A stretch of 64,000 bases of DNA from Proteromonas lacertae (taxonomy: Eukaryota), in NCBI GenBank assembly GCA_002245135.1, contig NGBS01000585.1:62001-126000 (forward strand). The letters run 5' to 3'. Under the pieces are notes generated by a model. That model ran no database searches and was not told the DNA's origin. It was given only the letters and a program-made list of their open reading frames with translations. Of this stretch, positions 1 to 13,766 are shown one piece after another (within the stretch, counting starts at the first letter, position 1; each line of letters begins with the position of its first letter). The position numbers and the translations under genes were made by a program.

Positions 1-1797
1 TATTCACATAAGGTTGGTGATTTACCATTATCATCTATTGCAATTCAAGGTGCTACTAGAAATGGAGGTGGTAAATTAGTTGCTATTGGTGATGTTAGTG
101 GTACAGTAACTTTATTAGAAGTATGTGATAGTTTATCAGTTCCAAGGTCGAATGAGAAAGTAGCGATAGGCAATATGTTGGAAAGAGAAACAAAAAGAGA
201 AAAGAATCTAAGTGCAAGAATAAAGGAAATAAAGAAGAGACAACAACAGCAAGCATTAGAAAAGAAAGCTGAACAAGATATAGCAAGAGAAGCAAATTCT
301 GATTCAATGATAGCTTTGTTGAAGAAAGTGGAAGAAGATTTTGATAATTTAATTAATGAAGAAGAAGAGGAGGAGAAGAAAGAAGAAAAGCCAGTTGCTG
401 AAGCTGTTGCTAAAGAAGGTGATGATAGTAAACCAAAGAATCAAGAGAGTAAAGCAGAATTAGAAGGAGAAGCTAAACCAGCAGAAGGAGAAGTTAAACC
501 AACAGAAGAAGGTGAAGCTAAACCAGCAGAAGGTGAAGAAAAGCCTGCTGAAGGAGAAGCTAAAGCAGAAGGAGAAGAAGTTAAACCAACAGAAGGAGAA
601 GAAAAGCCTGCTGAAGGAGAAGCTAAAGCAGAAGGCGAAGAAGCTAAACCAGAAGGAGAAGAAACTAAACCAGTAGAAGGAGAAGAAGTTAAACCAACAG
701 AAGGTGAAGAAAAGCCTGCTGAAGGAGAAGCTAAAGCAGAAGGCGAAGAAGCTAAACCAGAAGGAGAAGAAACTAAACCAGTAGAAGGTGAAGAAAAGCC
801 TGCTGAAGATGAAGCAAAACCAGCAGAAGGTGAAGAAGGAAAACCTGTTGAAGGAGAAGCTAAACCAGAAGGAGAAGAAACTAAACCAACAGAAGGAGAA
901 GAAAAGCCTGCTGAAGGAGAAGCTAAAGCAGAAGGCGAAGAAGCTAAACCAGAAGGTGAAGAAGGAAAACCTGTTGAAGGAGAAGAAAGTAAGGTTACAG
1001 AAGGAGAAAGCACATTTACTGATGATTTCAAAGAATCAGAAAGTAAAGTAGAAGAAGGAGAAGGAAAACCAGTTGAAGGAGAAGAAAGTAAAGTTACAGA
1101 AGGAGAATCACAATTAGTTGATGATTTTGAAGAATCAAAAGCTGAAGGAGAAGAAAAGCCAGAAGGTGAAGAAGAAGCAAAAACTGAAGAAACAAAACTT
1201 CCTGAAGGTGAAGCACAGGCTGAAGGAGAAGATAAGCCAGTAGAAGGAGAAGAAGAAAAACCTGCTGAAGAAGAAGAAAGCAATACAGACGATGCAACAA
1301 AACGAAAATTATCGCCTGGAAGAGAAATGGCAATTGGTCAATATGGTAATATACAAGATGTTCAATTAGAACAATCAACTGAAGAAGCACCAGCAGAAGA
1401 AGCAGCTCCAGTTGAAGAAGAACAACCAGCTGAAGAACAACCAGCAACAGAAGAAGCTCCAACTGAAGAGGAAAAACCAGCTGAAGAAGCACCAGCAGAA
1501 GAAGAAGCACCAGCTGAAGAAAAACCAGCAGAAGAACAACCAGCAACAGAAGAAGTTCCAACTGAAGAGGAAAAACCAGCTGAAGAGGAAAAACCAGCAG
1601 AAGAAGCACCAGCTGAAGAAGAAACACCAGCTGAAGAACAACCAGCTGAGGGAGAAACACCAGCTGAAGAACAACCAGCTGAAGAAGAAACACCAGCAAC
1701 AGAAGAAGCTCCAGAAGAAGATACAACCGATAAAGTTGAAGAAAGTGGTTTTGATGATGATTTTGCAGATAGTAAAGCAGAAGAATCAACAGAATAA
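1..1797 (+). CDS. DNAI2: Axonemal outer-arm dynein intermediate chain (IC2 type), 5'-partial, with long acidic repeat tail
   Basis: Frame open from base 1: ...GKLVAIGDVSGTVTLLEVCDSLSVPRSNEKVAIGNMLERETKREKNL..., the last WD40 plus coiled coil typical of IC2/ODA6; followed by ~480 aa rich in E/G/K/P/A. Confidence 0.85.
   Translation, partial: YSHKVGDLPLSSIAIQGATRNGGGKLVAIGDVSGTVTLLEVCDSLSVPRSNEKVAIGNMLERETKREKNLSARIKEIKKRQQQQALEKKAEQDIAREANSDSMIALLKKVEEDFDNLINEEEEEEKKEEKPVAEAVAKEGDDSKPKNQESKAELEGEAKPAEGEVKPTEEGEAKPAEGEEKPAEGEAKAEGEEVKPTEGEEKPAEGEAKAEGEEAKPEGEETKPVEGEEVKPTEGEEKPAEGEAKAEGEEAKPEGEETKPVEGEEKPAEDEAKPAEGEEGKPVEGEAKPEGEETKPTEGEEKPAEGEAKAEGEEAKPEGEEGKPVEGEESKVTEGESTFTDDFKESESKVEEGEGKPVEGEESKVTEGESQLVDDFEESKAEGEEKPEGEEEAKTEETKLPEGEAQAEGEDKPVEGEEEKPAEEEESNTDDATKRKLSPGREMAIGQYGNIQDVQLEQSTEEAPAEEAAPVEEEQPAEEQPATEEAPTEEEKPAEEAPAEEEAPAEEKPAEEQPATEEVPTEEEKPAEEEKPAEEAPAEEETPAEEQPAEGETPAEEQPAEEETPATEEAPEEDTTDKVEESGFDDDFADSKAEESTE
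466..1270 (+). repeat. Coding degenerate tandem repeat (EGEEKPA/EGEAKA/EGEETKP units)
   Basis: Repeated gaaggagaagctaaaccagcagaagg-like units; gives Ser/Pro-rich antisense shadow ORFs. Confidence 0.9.
1381..1720 (+). repeat. Coding degenerate tandem repeat (EE[E]-[AQKT]-P-[AT] units)
   Basis: Repeated ccagctgaagaa/ccagcagaagaa units. Confidence 0.9.
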
Positions 1798-1944
1798 ACA
1801 GAGAGAAGTTTTTCCCTTCCATCTTCTTTCTGATAATATAAATAATCTCTTATACACATTCCTTCTTAATTAATGATTATTATTTACTTTTTGTATTATA
1901 TTAAGTAACAAAAACAAATAAAAATAACTATAAATAATAAATAA

Positions 1945-2861
1945 CTAAAAACAATATTCTTTCTCTATAAATTCTGCTTGAACTTTTGTATATCTTGACC
2001 TCAAATTATCATATGTTTTTTCTCTAATAATAAATTAATAATAAATATGAAATATACAATCTTCTATATCTAGTACCCCAATCAAACATATCTTTATCAT
2101 ATTTCTTCTGTAGAAACTCCAATTTAGTCGATAAATCATTAATTTGTTCTTCATATGATTTGATTAAATTTGGTAATGCACTAGAAATGGAAGATTGTTC
2201 AGATTTTCTTCTATCTGATTGAATTACCGATTGTTTTACATTCGTGGAAGATGAAGAAGATCTTTTAGATAATTCTAATGGAGTGATGCGATTTTGTTGT
2301 GTTTGTACTATATTTGATGGACAAGTCCTAGCTGATTTTAATTCTACTAAATCCATTACATTTTGACATTCTTCTTGCGCTTTTGTTAGTTCTAAAGTTA
2401 TTTTCTCTTTTTCATTTTCTAATATTCTTGTTTTCTCTAGTAATACGTCATTCTCTTTTTGTAAATCTACTAGTTTTGTTTTATAATAACTACATTCTTT
2501 TATTATATCTTCTTTAGATTTTTCATATTCTTGGTCTTTTAGTTGATTTTTCTATTTCATTGTCAATAAATAATATAAAATACAAATCTTTCTTGTTGCA
2601 GTAATTGATACATTTTTTCTCTATCTCGCGGCAATCTTTGACTATGTAATACAAAATATAATACGACTGTAAGGAGTTATATCTCTCAGCTTTTAGTAAT
2701 TTATCTCTTCTTTCAGCCTCAGATCTATATCTCCCAGCTATCATATTTTTCCATACTAAAGCACTATTTAAATCACTCTATATTTTCATAAACTCTTATA
2801 ATACTTGAATTCTCTTCTGAGTTAATCTAATACTTTTCATGTGTTCATCTACCGAATCCAT
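1945..2861 (-). CDS. Hypothetical coiled-coil protein, multi-exon
   Basis: ATG at 2861; ORFs 2523-2744 and 2024-2356 can be joined through short GT-AG introns; head-to-head with the GPCR gene. Confidence 0.55.
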
Positions 2862-2983
2862 GTTTTTATAGTTATATTATTAACAAATCTATTTATGAAA
2901 GACTACTTTACTCAACAGCTAAATCAAAATCGAATTAAAACAAAATATCCGTTTCTCAACAACAGATTGTTTCTTTTTCTTAT

Positions 2984-5900
2984 ATGAAGGGATATATCGC
3001 TTTGTTACTATGTCTGTCTTTTATTTATTTTACACATTGTAATTATATACCTGATGCTGTTACTACCACTGAAGAGACTATCATCTTAGGTGAATATGAT
3101 AATCTTTCTGTGTGTGCTGTGTCAGTTTGTACAGATGTTTATTTAAAATTAGTGGATGATTATGGAGATGGTTTGTTTGGTGAAATATACATAGACGAAA
3201 ATGTAATTGTCGCAAACAACACATTCATAGGAAAAACAAATGGACAGTTCGGTCCAATATGTTTATACCAAGGAGATCATATTATTTATGGAGGTCCAGG
3301 ACCTTATATGGACGATACAAGTGTAGAGATAGTTTACTCAGGAACAGATGTACAAGCATTACCACCTACCTATTTATCAACATTTGAAGTACCTGCTAAT
3401 TCTACATCAAGAGGTATGCAGTCTTTCTCGATAGTTGTAGATGATTTAGAAATTACTTCACCTTCATCACTTATAATGAATGTAAATTCAGGTTTAGAAG
3501 TGAAGTCTATCTCAGTAACTCATTATAAGATGGATTCAAACAGTGTAATGCAGTTTAGAATTGTAGCAAGTAATATCAAATTCACACTTGACAAAGGTAA
3601 TTGTTTAACTTTTCCTTACACTTATTATCATCAATTATATGATAATGTAACAATTCAATGTAATGTAGAGGGTATCAATAATGTGCTAAGAACGTTAATA
3701 TTAAACTCATTTGAATTATATAAAGATATTACTCCATTGATAACAATCAAAGCTGATGATTTAGGAAATACAATTAATTTAAAGCACAACGAGTTGGAGA
3801 AACAGATATCTATTGATGTAACTGATTTATATTGTAATGGTGAAATATCTAAAGAATCTCCAGGTATAATCAGAGATAGAAGAATTGATTCAAAAAATGA
3901 AGAATATAATGTGAATATGAATTGTGTGTTTTATTTACATAATACTTATCGTTTAAAATCATTAAAAATGGATTTGGCGAATGATAATGTTGATTACATT
4001 AAAGTATATAAAGGAAATTCATTAGCTTCATCTTATAATGTATATTATCATAATGATGTAATAAATGAAACAAGTTGGACTGGAGAAATGATTGTAGAGT
4101 TTAAAACTAACGATAATAGTAATGGAAAAGGTTTTATTTTGTTTTTTTCAGGATTGTTGGAGGATTATGGTGATAGTATTATGACATTCTATTTACCAAG
4201 TACAACAAGTAGTACTGTTGTTTCTAATGTAGAAAATGATTTAAAAAGTATGTTAAAAGGAACATATGATATGATTAATTTAGTTGAAAATGAGGATTAT
4301 TCTATAGTAATAAACAACACAGAAGTTGAAGATGAAGATATTACAATTGTTATTACATTATTTGAAGAATCTAAGAATCCATTGACTAAAACAATAGTAT
4401 AGCATATATATACGAAACTATAAAGATATTATACAATTCAAACACATTAGATCAAAAATTCTCATCTTTATCTAATATAAAGAACGCAACATTTGTTACT
4501 TTACCACATTCTGGTTGTAATAATGGAATTACTGATTTAACTGGTACTATTGAAGATAGTTGTGTGTGTGGACAAGGATTTGGAGGTAAATACTGTGATG
4601 AAAAGTACGAACCTGTTTGTGAGGAAGCTTGTTATACCAAATCTGATATTCATACTGATTGTTGTATAGAAGTAGGTGATAATGTTGTTGTTTATAGTAA
4701 TAATCGATTAGTACATTATAATCCAAATACATTTTCATATACTGCTTTAACTGAATCAATGGTATGTAAAGATAAAAATATTAATGACACTACAACTACT
4801 GAACCAACTAGCAGTAGTACTAATAATGAAGAAGAGACTAGTTTTACCAATGAAGATGAAAATAATAATAATAATAATAATAATGAAGAAGAAGAAAAAG
4901 AAAAAGAGGAATTAACCTGTATAGAATTGAATGAAAATGGTTATTTAGAATCATTACCAAATGGAGATATAGTTACAATATATAGGAATTCATTATATGA
5001 GATTAATGGTGATACAGGTGTGTTAGTTAAGAGAGTATTAACTTTACCATTTGATTCAGTAGAATATGGAGTAAATAGATATACTTATGATAGTGTAAAA
5101 GACGAATGGTATGTATTAGCTGTGAATAAAAGACGTATTTATCGATTAAACAATTTAGGAATCTTATTAGAACCATATTATTACGAATTTGATGATGATG
5201 AAATAAGTAATCCAAATAAATACTATTCATTCTCTTTATCAACACATTATGTTGAATATAATCGTACTAAATACGATTATACAGTCAAAGAAAGATATGA
5301 ATATGTTTATGAACCGAAATACAATAATAGTCAATCAGATAAGCAATGTTTTATACAACAAAACAAAGTTGTTCATTCAGAAAACTCCTTAGAAACAGTT
5401 GGAATTACAAATGATACAACTCCAATAATGATTATAGCAGATAGTAGAAGTTGGTATTATATGCATCCTTCCTTTGGCACAATAACAATAAAAGAGAATT
5501 TAGAAGGTTATAAAGAAGGATATATTAATAAACAAGGTATAATAATCGTATTAGATGGTTGGGATAAAACTTGTTATAGTATTTTCCCAAATGGTTTAAT
5601 TCAAGGAACTCCACGATGGAATGAAACGTTTAATCATTTAGATTCAGGTAAACCTTATTCTATGTCACATAATCCGTTATCTAATATCACTTACTGGAGT
5701 GATAATACTGGTCCACATAGAATTACTGCTATGAATGAATATGGTAAATTATTAGGATTTTTAGGCTTGACATTTGGTGATTTTGGTTCTGCTGGTTCTT
5801 TGACTGTAAGACCAAGTGCATATGCTCCTAATTGCTATTTAAGTGAAATAATAACAGAAGGTAAAGCAGGTGATTTAATAACTGTAAAAATACATGCAAG

Positions 5901-8331
5901 AAATAAAGTTAAAGAAAAGTGGATTTATCCTACTCATTTTGAAATAGAATTAAAGACTACAAGTAATGTAGGTGGTGTAGATGTAGAATATACATTCCAA
6001 GGTGAAGTATTAGCTACTAATGAATCTGATGAATATGTTGGACAATTTATAGTGAATTTAGCACAAGAATATGATGTATACGTTTATCATACTGCAATGA
6101 AGTTTATGATTGATGGTATTCCATATAAATATAAATCATTCCCAAGTTATACAGATCCAACAATGTCAACAGCCAGTGGTAATGGTTTGGAAAGAGGTAT
6201 AGCTGGTGAAGAAATGAAGTTTACTGTCATAGCTTGTGATAGGTTTGGTAATATCAGAGATTCAGGTGGAGATGAGATAAAAGTATTAATAAGTGGTGAA
6301 GAATTTGATTCATTAGACATTGTTGATAATTTAAATGGTAGTTATTTTATCACTTATAATGTTACTCAAGCCAAATCATATGTTATTGAAATATTTATAA
6401 AGAATGATGATGAGTTTATTGAGATTGATAAATCACCTTGGACTGTATTAGTTACACCAAAAGAAGTAGATCCAACTCACTCTGAGATATTACCAACAGG
6501 AAGAGAAGAAGTGATAGTTGATGGATATATGACATTACAAGTAATATTGAGAGATGAATATGATAATATTATTACTGATGATGATTATGATTTTGAAGTG
6601 ATTGTTTATGCTGATACAATCTCCATTACTAACTTTACACATACATTAGCAGGTGATGGTACTCATTTATTCCAATTTTATAACTCTTATGCTGTAGATT
6701 TGAGTGCAAGAGTCAGAATTGATGGTTATAGACTTGGTGAAAATCAAGAAGAATTAATCGCCATTCCGTTGAAATTTAAAGAGTTATTAATCAGTAGACA
6801 TGATGTATTAGCTGTATTAATGCAAGCATTAGCTGTATTATCATTAATATGGGTTAGTGTAATGTTATTTGGTTTAATAAAATATCGTAAACATTATATT
6901 ATCTTAATGTCACAATGGGAATTGTGGATTCCTACATTGATTGGTGCATATTTTAGTAATGCTGGTATTATAGCATATACCACTAATATTAGCACTAGTT
7001 CATGTGGTGCATCAAGAATACTAATACACTTTGGTTTTATTATGATGTTAAGTGCTGTATTCCTCAAAGTATGGAGATATAATTGTGTTGTTCAATCAGT
7101 TGGTGCTTCTAAAAGAAGAAAGAAAATAACGAAAGGATCTTTATTCCATCGATTTATGTTTATTAATTGTTTAACATTCTTTATCTTAGTGTTATTACAG
7201 TTAGTGAATCCTTATGGTCCTAAATTAATAAAAGGTAAGAATAAATTAAGTGGTATTGTTACAATTCAAGATATATTGTATGTATGTGAATGTAGATATG
7301 ATCCTGTATTTAGATATATGTTATTAGCAGCAGTATTAGGATTTGACTGTTTTATACTTTACTATGTTTCTTCCATTCAAAAGATTGTTCAAGATAATGG
7401 ATTTAAAGATGGTACATTTATAAAATACACAATGTACAATGTTTTAATCTTTTTTACAGTTGGTGTAATAATAGAAAATGCAATGAATAGCTCACCTGAT
7501 ATAGCAACAGCCATTTATTGTTTAACACTAATCTTAGCTGGAGATTCAATACCTTCGATATTAATAGGATTTAAATTCTATCAAGTGTATTGTTACAATA
7601 AAGAAAATGGTACAAAAGAAGTGAAAACTCAATTTGATAACGATGATCATTTGACATTAGCAGAACCAGAAAATCAATTATTCTATTCCTCTACAACCAA
7701 TGCAACTACTAATATGGTAGGAAATCCAGAAATGGCAAATTTCTTAGACAAATTAAAAGTATGGCAAATGCGTATGTTTAGAAAAGACTTAACTGCTGAA
7801 CAGTTTGAAAAATTAACTCGACAATTAGTAAGAATAGTTGAAATAATAACAGGTAAAAGTAGTGGTTTAAGTCGATGTTCTACCACTACATTAAATACAA
7901 CAACCAGTGAGAATTCCTCAATAAAAGGAAGTGCAACCAATAAGACCAATACAAAAGATAAAAAGATGAGTGTAGCTACTAGACTTAGACCAAGTAATGC
8001 TCGAAGTAGTTTGAATGCAACATTGAATTCACCTTCATTTAGAGGAATGCAAACAATAGATCCAGCTATTTCATTCTCTGTATTAGATCAAGATATGGAT
8101 CATTTCAATTTAGATGATGATGATGATAGTGAAGATGATGATGATGTAGATGTTGATGGAATAACAGTAAGTGGAGGAAATATTGGTAAAAATGGTAAAA
8201 GAAAAATGCCCAAGATCAGTATTCAACATTTACAGACAATAGAAGAAGATGAGAAACAATTGGCTGATATACCATTAGCTCCAGATCCTAAACATGAAGG
8301 AGTATTGTCACTTGGTGATGTTGAACTTTAA
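2984..8331 (+). CDS. Class C-like (7TM_3) GPCR with large ectodomain: signal peptide, CUB, EGF, probable beta-propeller, three filamin Ig repeats
   Basis: ORFs 2984-4402 and 4564-8331 join in frame via a 29-nt intron at 4397-4425; CUB (YNVNMNCVF..DYIKVY..FKTN..GKGF), EGF (CVCGQGFGGKYC), filamin (ASGNGL..AGE..FTVIACDRFGN), 7TM with IKYRKHYIILMSQ and FLKVWR. Confidence 0.8.
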
Positions 8332-8589
8332 ATTATTGATTATATAAATATATAAATATAAATATTCTATTTCCTTTTTATTTTCATAGAGTAGTAGTGA
8401 ATAAACACAAAATATCAATCCCAGTAATTGTTAAAGTATTTTACTTCTTAATTATAGGCTATTTTGGTCTTCGATCTGATTTAGCATATTCTTTATACTA
8501 TGGCATCTTTTCTAAACTAATAAAAAAGTGATTTAAAATATATGGGGATTTATCATTTAACCAAAAGTTTCAAAAACACAAATTTTAAA

Positions 8590-11500
8590 ATGGATTTTAT
8601 TAACAATATACTCTCTAAATGTGAAGTATTTATACTTATTTATAAATAATAGATAAAAGAAAGAATAGAAAGGAGTAAAAGAGAAGTAGATTTGGTGATG
8701 CTTCAAGAAAATGCTTTTATAAAGATTAAAATCTTGAATATATGTGGAATAAAAGAAGAGTTGATATTGAAATTCAATGAAAATCATGCATTATTGTTAA
8801 AGTGTCATTTAGGCTTTATCTATCATTCTAAAATACAACATTTGCATAATAATAGTGATTATATTTTAATATCAAGAAATTATTATGCAAAAGACTTGGA
8901 GCAAATAATCCAAAAGAAAATGCTTACAAGAAGAGATATTTGTCGTATAATGTGTAATGCATGTAATGTTTTGGAGATATTAGCTGAATATGATTTAATA
9001 TTATATAATTTGAAAAGTACAAATATTGTGTATAGAAGAGAAGATGATTCTTATGGTAAAATAAAGATTTGTGATTTATTCGTAAATACTTTAAGAAAAG
9101 AAGAAGAGGTGAGATTATATGATATAAATTTCATAAGCCCTGAAGAGTTAAGTGGATTAGAATGTAATGAGAAAAGTGTGATTTGGTCAATTGGATGTAT
9201 ATTATATGAAATAATCAATAAAGAATTACCATTTAATAAAGATAATGATATATATAAAACAATGAATAATATACTTAGATGTAAATATAATAATGAAATG
9301 ATGAAAGATTGTTTAATGAAAAGAATGATAGATAGAATGTTAAAATTGAAAAATGAAGAAAGAATAAGTTTGAAAGAATTGAGTAAAGAAATGATCAAAA
9401 TGTGTAAAGTGAAAAAAGACTGTAAGACTTTAAGGATAATATATGAAAGAAAAGATGTAATGTATAAAAATGATAAAAAGATACTGATGTTACTATTCTC
9501 TGTAGGATTATATATATTTCATATTACAAGAATTGAAAGTGAATGGGAAAGTATATATAATATATAAAATATAATATAATGATATATATATATATGAATA
9601 GAAAATAGAAACGAGTTGGTGAAATTGTTCAACAGAAGACATAAAGAAAGAATATTGTCGATATTATTAGCTATGTTATTATTCAAAAGAGATTATGGAA
9701 TATTGAATAGAATAAAGTATAGGATTAAACACAAATGTAAAGATAGAAAAGAAGAGTGTCGTTTAGATGAAATGATATTTAACCTTGAAACTAGTGATGA
9801 TTATGGTTATTATGATGTAATTAAAATATCACCAAAATGTATTTGTTTATGTGAAGAAGGAATTGAATTTTTTTTCAGGATATTAAATCAAATAGATCCA
9901 ACTAGAATTGAATTTGGTATAATACAAATAATATTTAATCTTTTAGATAATGTAAATATTCCGCTCAAATATCAATCACTATTTGGATCCTTATTTTCTC
10001 AATTATCAACTCTGAGAGAAATATACTTCAATTCGACTAACCTTACTTCTTATTTCATTGAATCATTTGTTAAATCAATTCCATATATGAAATTAATATA
10101 TGTTTATATGCCATGTATGTATTACTTACTATAATATTTTATAACAGATAGCAGTATTAACTTGAAGGGGATGAAATTGTTACTTCCTTATATGCATTTA
10201 ATGAATGAAAAAACTGTATTAAATATAAGTAATTCAGTAATTGATGATGATTATTTCAGTTCAATAGTTTCTTTAAAACCAGATAAATTAAAAGAAATAG
10301 AAAAGTTGTATTTAATAAGTATTATTTGATATTTATACTCTTTAGATGATAGACTTACTCATAAAAGTGTTGAAATACTGATTAGCAATTTGTCTTCATT
10401 TCCTAATCTTAAAGAAGTTCATATAGAAAGAAATAGAATAGGAGATTTGGGGATGAAAATATTATCTCCACATATACATTTGTTGAATTATAATTGTTCA
10501 AGTATAATTATGATTGTTAATTATGAATAGAAATGGGATTATCTTCAAATGGATTGAAATATTTAGTGAATGGTTTAAAGAGTTGTAATCATATAACTTG
10601 TCTAGATATAAGTGATAATAATATAGATTCAGATGGGATAGAATATTTGATGAATTATGTGAAAGAAAATGATAATATTAAAAGACTTTTCATTCATAGT
10701 ATATTTATAATTGTATGTTATATGTTGTTAAATAGATAATCCAATTGGTAATACTGGTTTTAAGTTATTATTAGACAACCTAGATATATTATATAAGGAT
10801 TTGAGTAATTTGTCAATTGATGATGAAAGTGTGATATTATTAGCAAACAAAATAAATACAATAGGAAAATTGAATGAAATAAATCTGAAAGGAAATAATA
10901 TTAAAATGAATGGATTAAAAGCAATTTGTGAAAAATCTCTAGAAAAAGAAGAATATCCATTAATAGAAATGAAAAATTTATCATGGACAAATGAAGAGTT
11001 GGAATATTATTTGGATTATTGTGGAGAAAAACGAAAAGATCTAGAATTTGATGATGAGGAATATGATTTCTCAAGTATTTTTTACACATTTTTATTGTAA
11101 TAGATTTAAATATTAATGATCTTCATATATTAACAATTGAATCGATTGAATATAAAAGAATTAATCTATCAAATAATAATATTAGTTATAAAGGATTACA
11201 AAGATTAATTGATTATTTCCCAATAAATGTTGATGTAGAATACATATTAATAAATAACAATCCAATTGGAGATGAAGGAGTAGAGATAATATGTCAATAT
11301 TTTGATAAATTTGTTAAAAGGGATATTTTCAACAAACCAGTATCATTAAATCTATCAAGTATTAAAAAATTTAGTATAATTCTGTAATTTGAATAGATAT
11401 TGGGATGAGTCAAAAAGGATTGAAAATGTTAATAGAAAGATTAAAAAAATGTACTTATGGTATAAGGGACATGTATTTAGAAGGATGTGAATTGGATGAA

Positions 11501-11702
11501 AATGGGTTAAAATTAATGGAAAGAAAACAAGGAAACATTTGATTGCTTTAGTTACTTATCAGTAACAATAAAAGAAAGAATTAATCTAAGAGATTTAAAA
11601 TCATTTTTAGATGCATTATATAGAGTTGGAATAATAAAATTAAATGGAATTTCTAAAGAGATGAAAGAAAAAGTTTCAAAGGAATACTTGAATGTTTTTT
11701 AA
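8590..11702 (+). CDS. Protein kinase-like domain (NEK-related, probably a pseudokinase) fused to RNI-like leucine-rich repeats
   Basis: LYNLKSTNI, KICDL, FISPEE, IWSIGCILYE; LRRs such as LDISDNNIDSDG and INLKGNNIKMNG; many short introns; +1 frameshift near 11521. Confidence 0.7.
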
Positions 11703-11907
11703 CCAATTACACAATTATTATTTTCTTATTGATATATTTGATATGTTTAAATCTACTGAAAAGAACATAAGTATTATATATAATTGTTAAGTATTATCTA
11801 AATGCAATTTTTAAAATAAAACACAATTAAAAGAAAATGCTTCAAATCAAGCTTTGTAACAGACATATTATTTTTTTATTGTTTTTAAGAGTATTTTTAT
11901 AGCCAAG

Positions 11908-13600
11908 ATGGGAATGGAAGATGAAGATATACAGTCAACATTATATTTTAAAGCTATAAAAAAATTCTATCCTACTCTTTGGACGAAAGCTGCTCAAAAT
12001 CAATGGATGGTGTGTATACCACAGAGTTGCTCAGTCAAGGAAGAAGTAACAATAGATAATATTCGTATATATTAGTACATAATACTTTTTAAAGGAGATC
12101 ACGTGTTAATACCAACCGAATCAAGTGGCGAATTCAACACATTGAAAGGAAAACGTGTACATATAATAGGAAATCATATAACAACCGGGAGTGGTTTTAA
12201 TGAGAGTAAAGCCGTATCAATAATATTTACCCAAGAAGTGCGAGTACCTGATGCATTTAATGGTTATTCTAGTGCAGAATGTGTGTTATTATACTTGAGT
12301 TGTCCATTAGAAGGCGGTTTAGATGCTCCATCTGAAGTAGATGAAATGAAAAGTCAGCATATTAGTAACTATATGACTATGATATTATCCTACCCTGAAA
12401 ATGAAACGGTCATAAATGGAATTGATGCATTTATATCTCAAGTAATAATTGCATCTAAAAACAACACTTTACAATAGTATATTATTTATTTATTTTTTTA
12501 TTTATTTAGTGCAACTCCTTCTTTACCTCAACAGATATGTGAACAGTGTGAGAGAGCAATGAGATATATATTGTATTCACCTTGCTTCTTTTTCTCATCA
12601 AGAAGAGGACATAAATATTTTGCACCAATAATGCAGACTCTAGAATCTTATGTAATGTCAAATTTGTATATTTATTTAACCATAATTATTTTGATAGATA
12701 TAATGTTGTATATGGTATAATATTAAATGAAAATATTGAAAGTACAAAGCAATTATCAGAAGGTATTGAATTTATGAAAGATAAACAAATATCTGATTTT
12801 AAAATAAAACAACAATTCATATTATCAGATAATGAAATATCAGAAGCTATTATCAAATTAAAAAGAATATCTGTATAATTATAATGATTACAGTTTATAT
12901 TATAGAAATGTAAAACACCATTAGAAAAGGTCCAATGTTTGAAAGACACTTGTGATACAATTAATGAATGTATTGATGATCATTTAAGGCAAAATGGAAT
13001 ATCAATAGAATCAGTAGAAATGACAACAGATGATATAATCGATTTTCTTATTTATACAATCTGTAAAGCATATCCCTGAGACAAAACACTTACGATCTGA
13101 TTTAATATATATTACTCAATATCATTTAACTAATCTAGATACTACTCCATTAGGTTATACAATTGCTAATTGTGAAGTTGCAATTAATTGGCTGGAAGAT
13201 GCTATGACACATTTTAAGTATATATTTTTTTTATTAGAGTTTATTTTAATTTTATTAGTAATATGAGAGAACATGATGATCCTTCTGTTTCATCTTCATC
13301 CTATTTAATTCCTAGTTTAGAAGCTTTTGGAGGTAATTCTCAAAGATCTGTTTCTTATTCCTCTTTTGATTTTAGTATATATATAGTATTTTGATTATAT
13401 TTTCTATAGCTTCTTCACAATTATCTGTATCTGGTGATGACAGATCATCGGAAGGTGCTTTGTATGAGAAAAGAAAGTATCATACTGTAGTTACAGGGTT
13501 AGCACCTCATAGAAAGTCTTGGTCTTCAAATATGAATATAAAAAATCCAGTTAGGTTATGTAGATTTGGTTCTTTTCCTAAAATTAACCCAGAAAGTTAA
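11908..13600 (+). CDS. VPS9-domain Rab GEF (ANKRD27/Varp-like N-terminus)
   Basis: KCKTPLEKVQCL..MTTDDIIDFLIYTI..LGYTIANCEVAI is the VPS9 signature; multi-exon; +1 frameshift at 13074-13076. Confidence 0.75.
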
Positions 13601-13766
13601 ATTAGCATTTTTTAATACATTTAAAATGTTGTATATATGATTATCAATTGTATGTTTGATTATAAAAAACTAGAATGAGAAAATATCTCCATTACATCGT
13701 TTTATAGACTTTTTTAATATTATGGTGTATCAAAATTGTGGTAATATTTTTCATTATAATTTAAAA

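Noticed and set aside
441..1873. Long antisense and alternate-frame ORFs (Ser/Pro-, Leu-, Phe/Trp/Cys-rich)
   Set aside because: Shadows of the Glu-rich coding repeats of the dynein chain
4400..4402. Apparent in-frame TAG suggesting stop-codon reassignment
   Set aside because: It lies in a 29-nt GT-AG intron; TAA, TAG and TGA all end genes normally in this window
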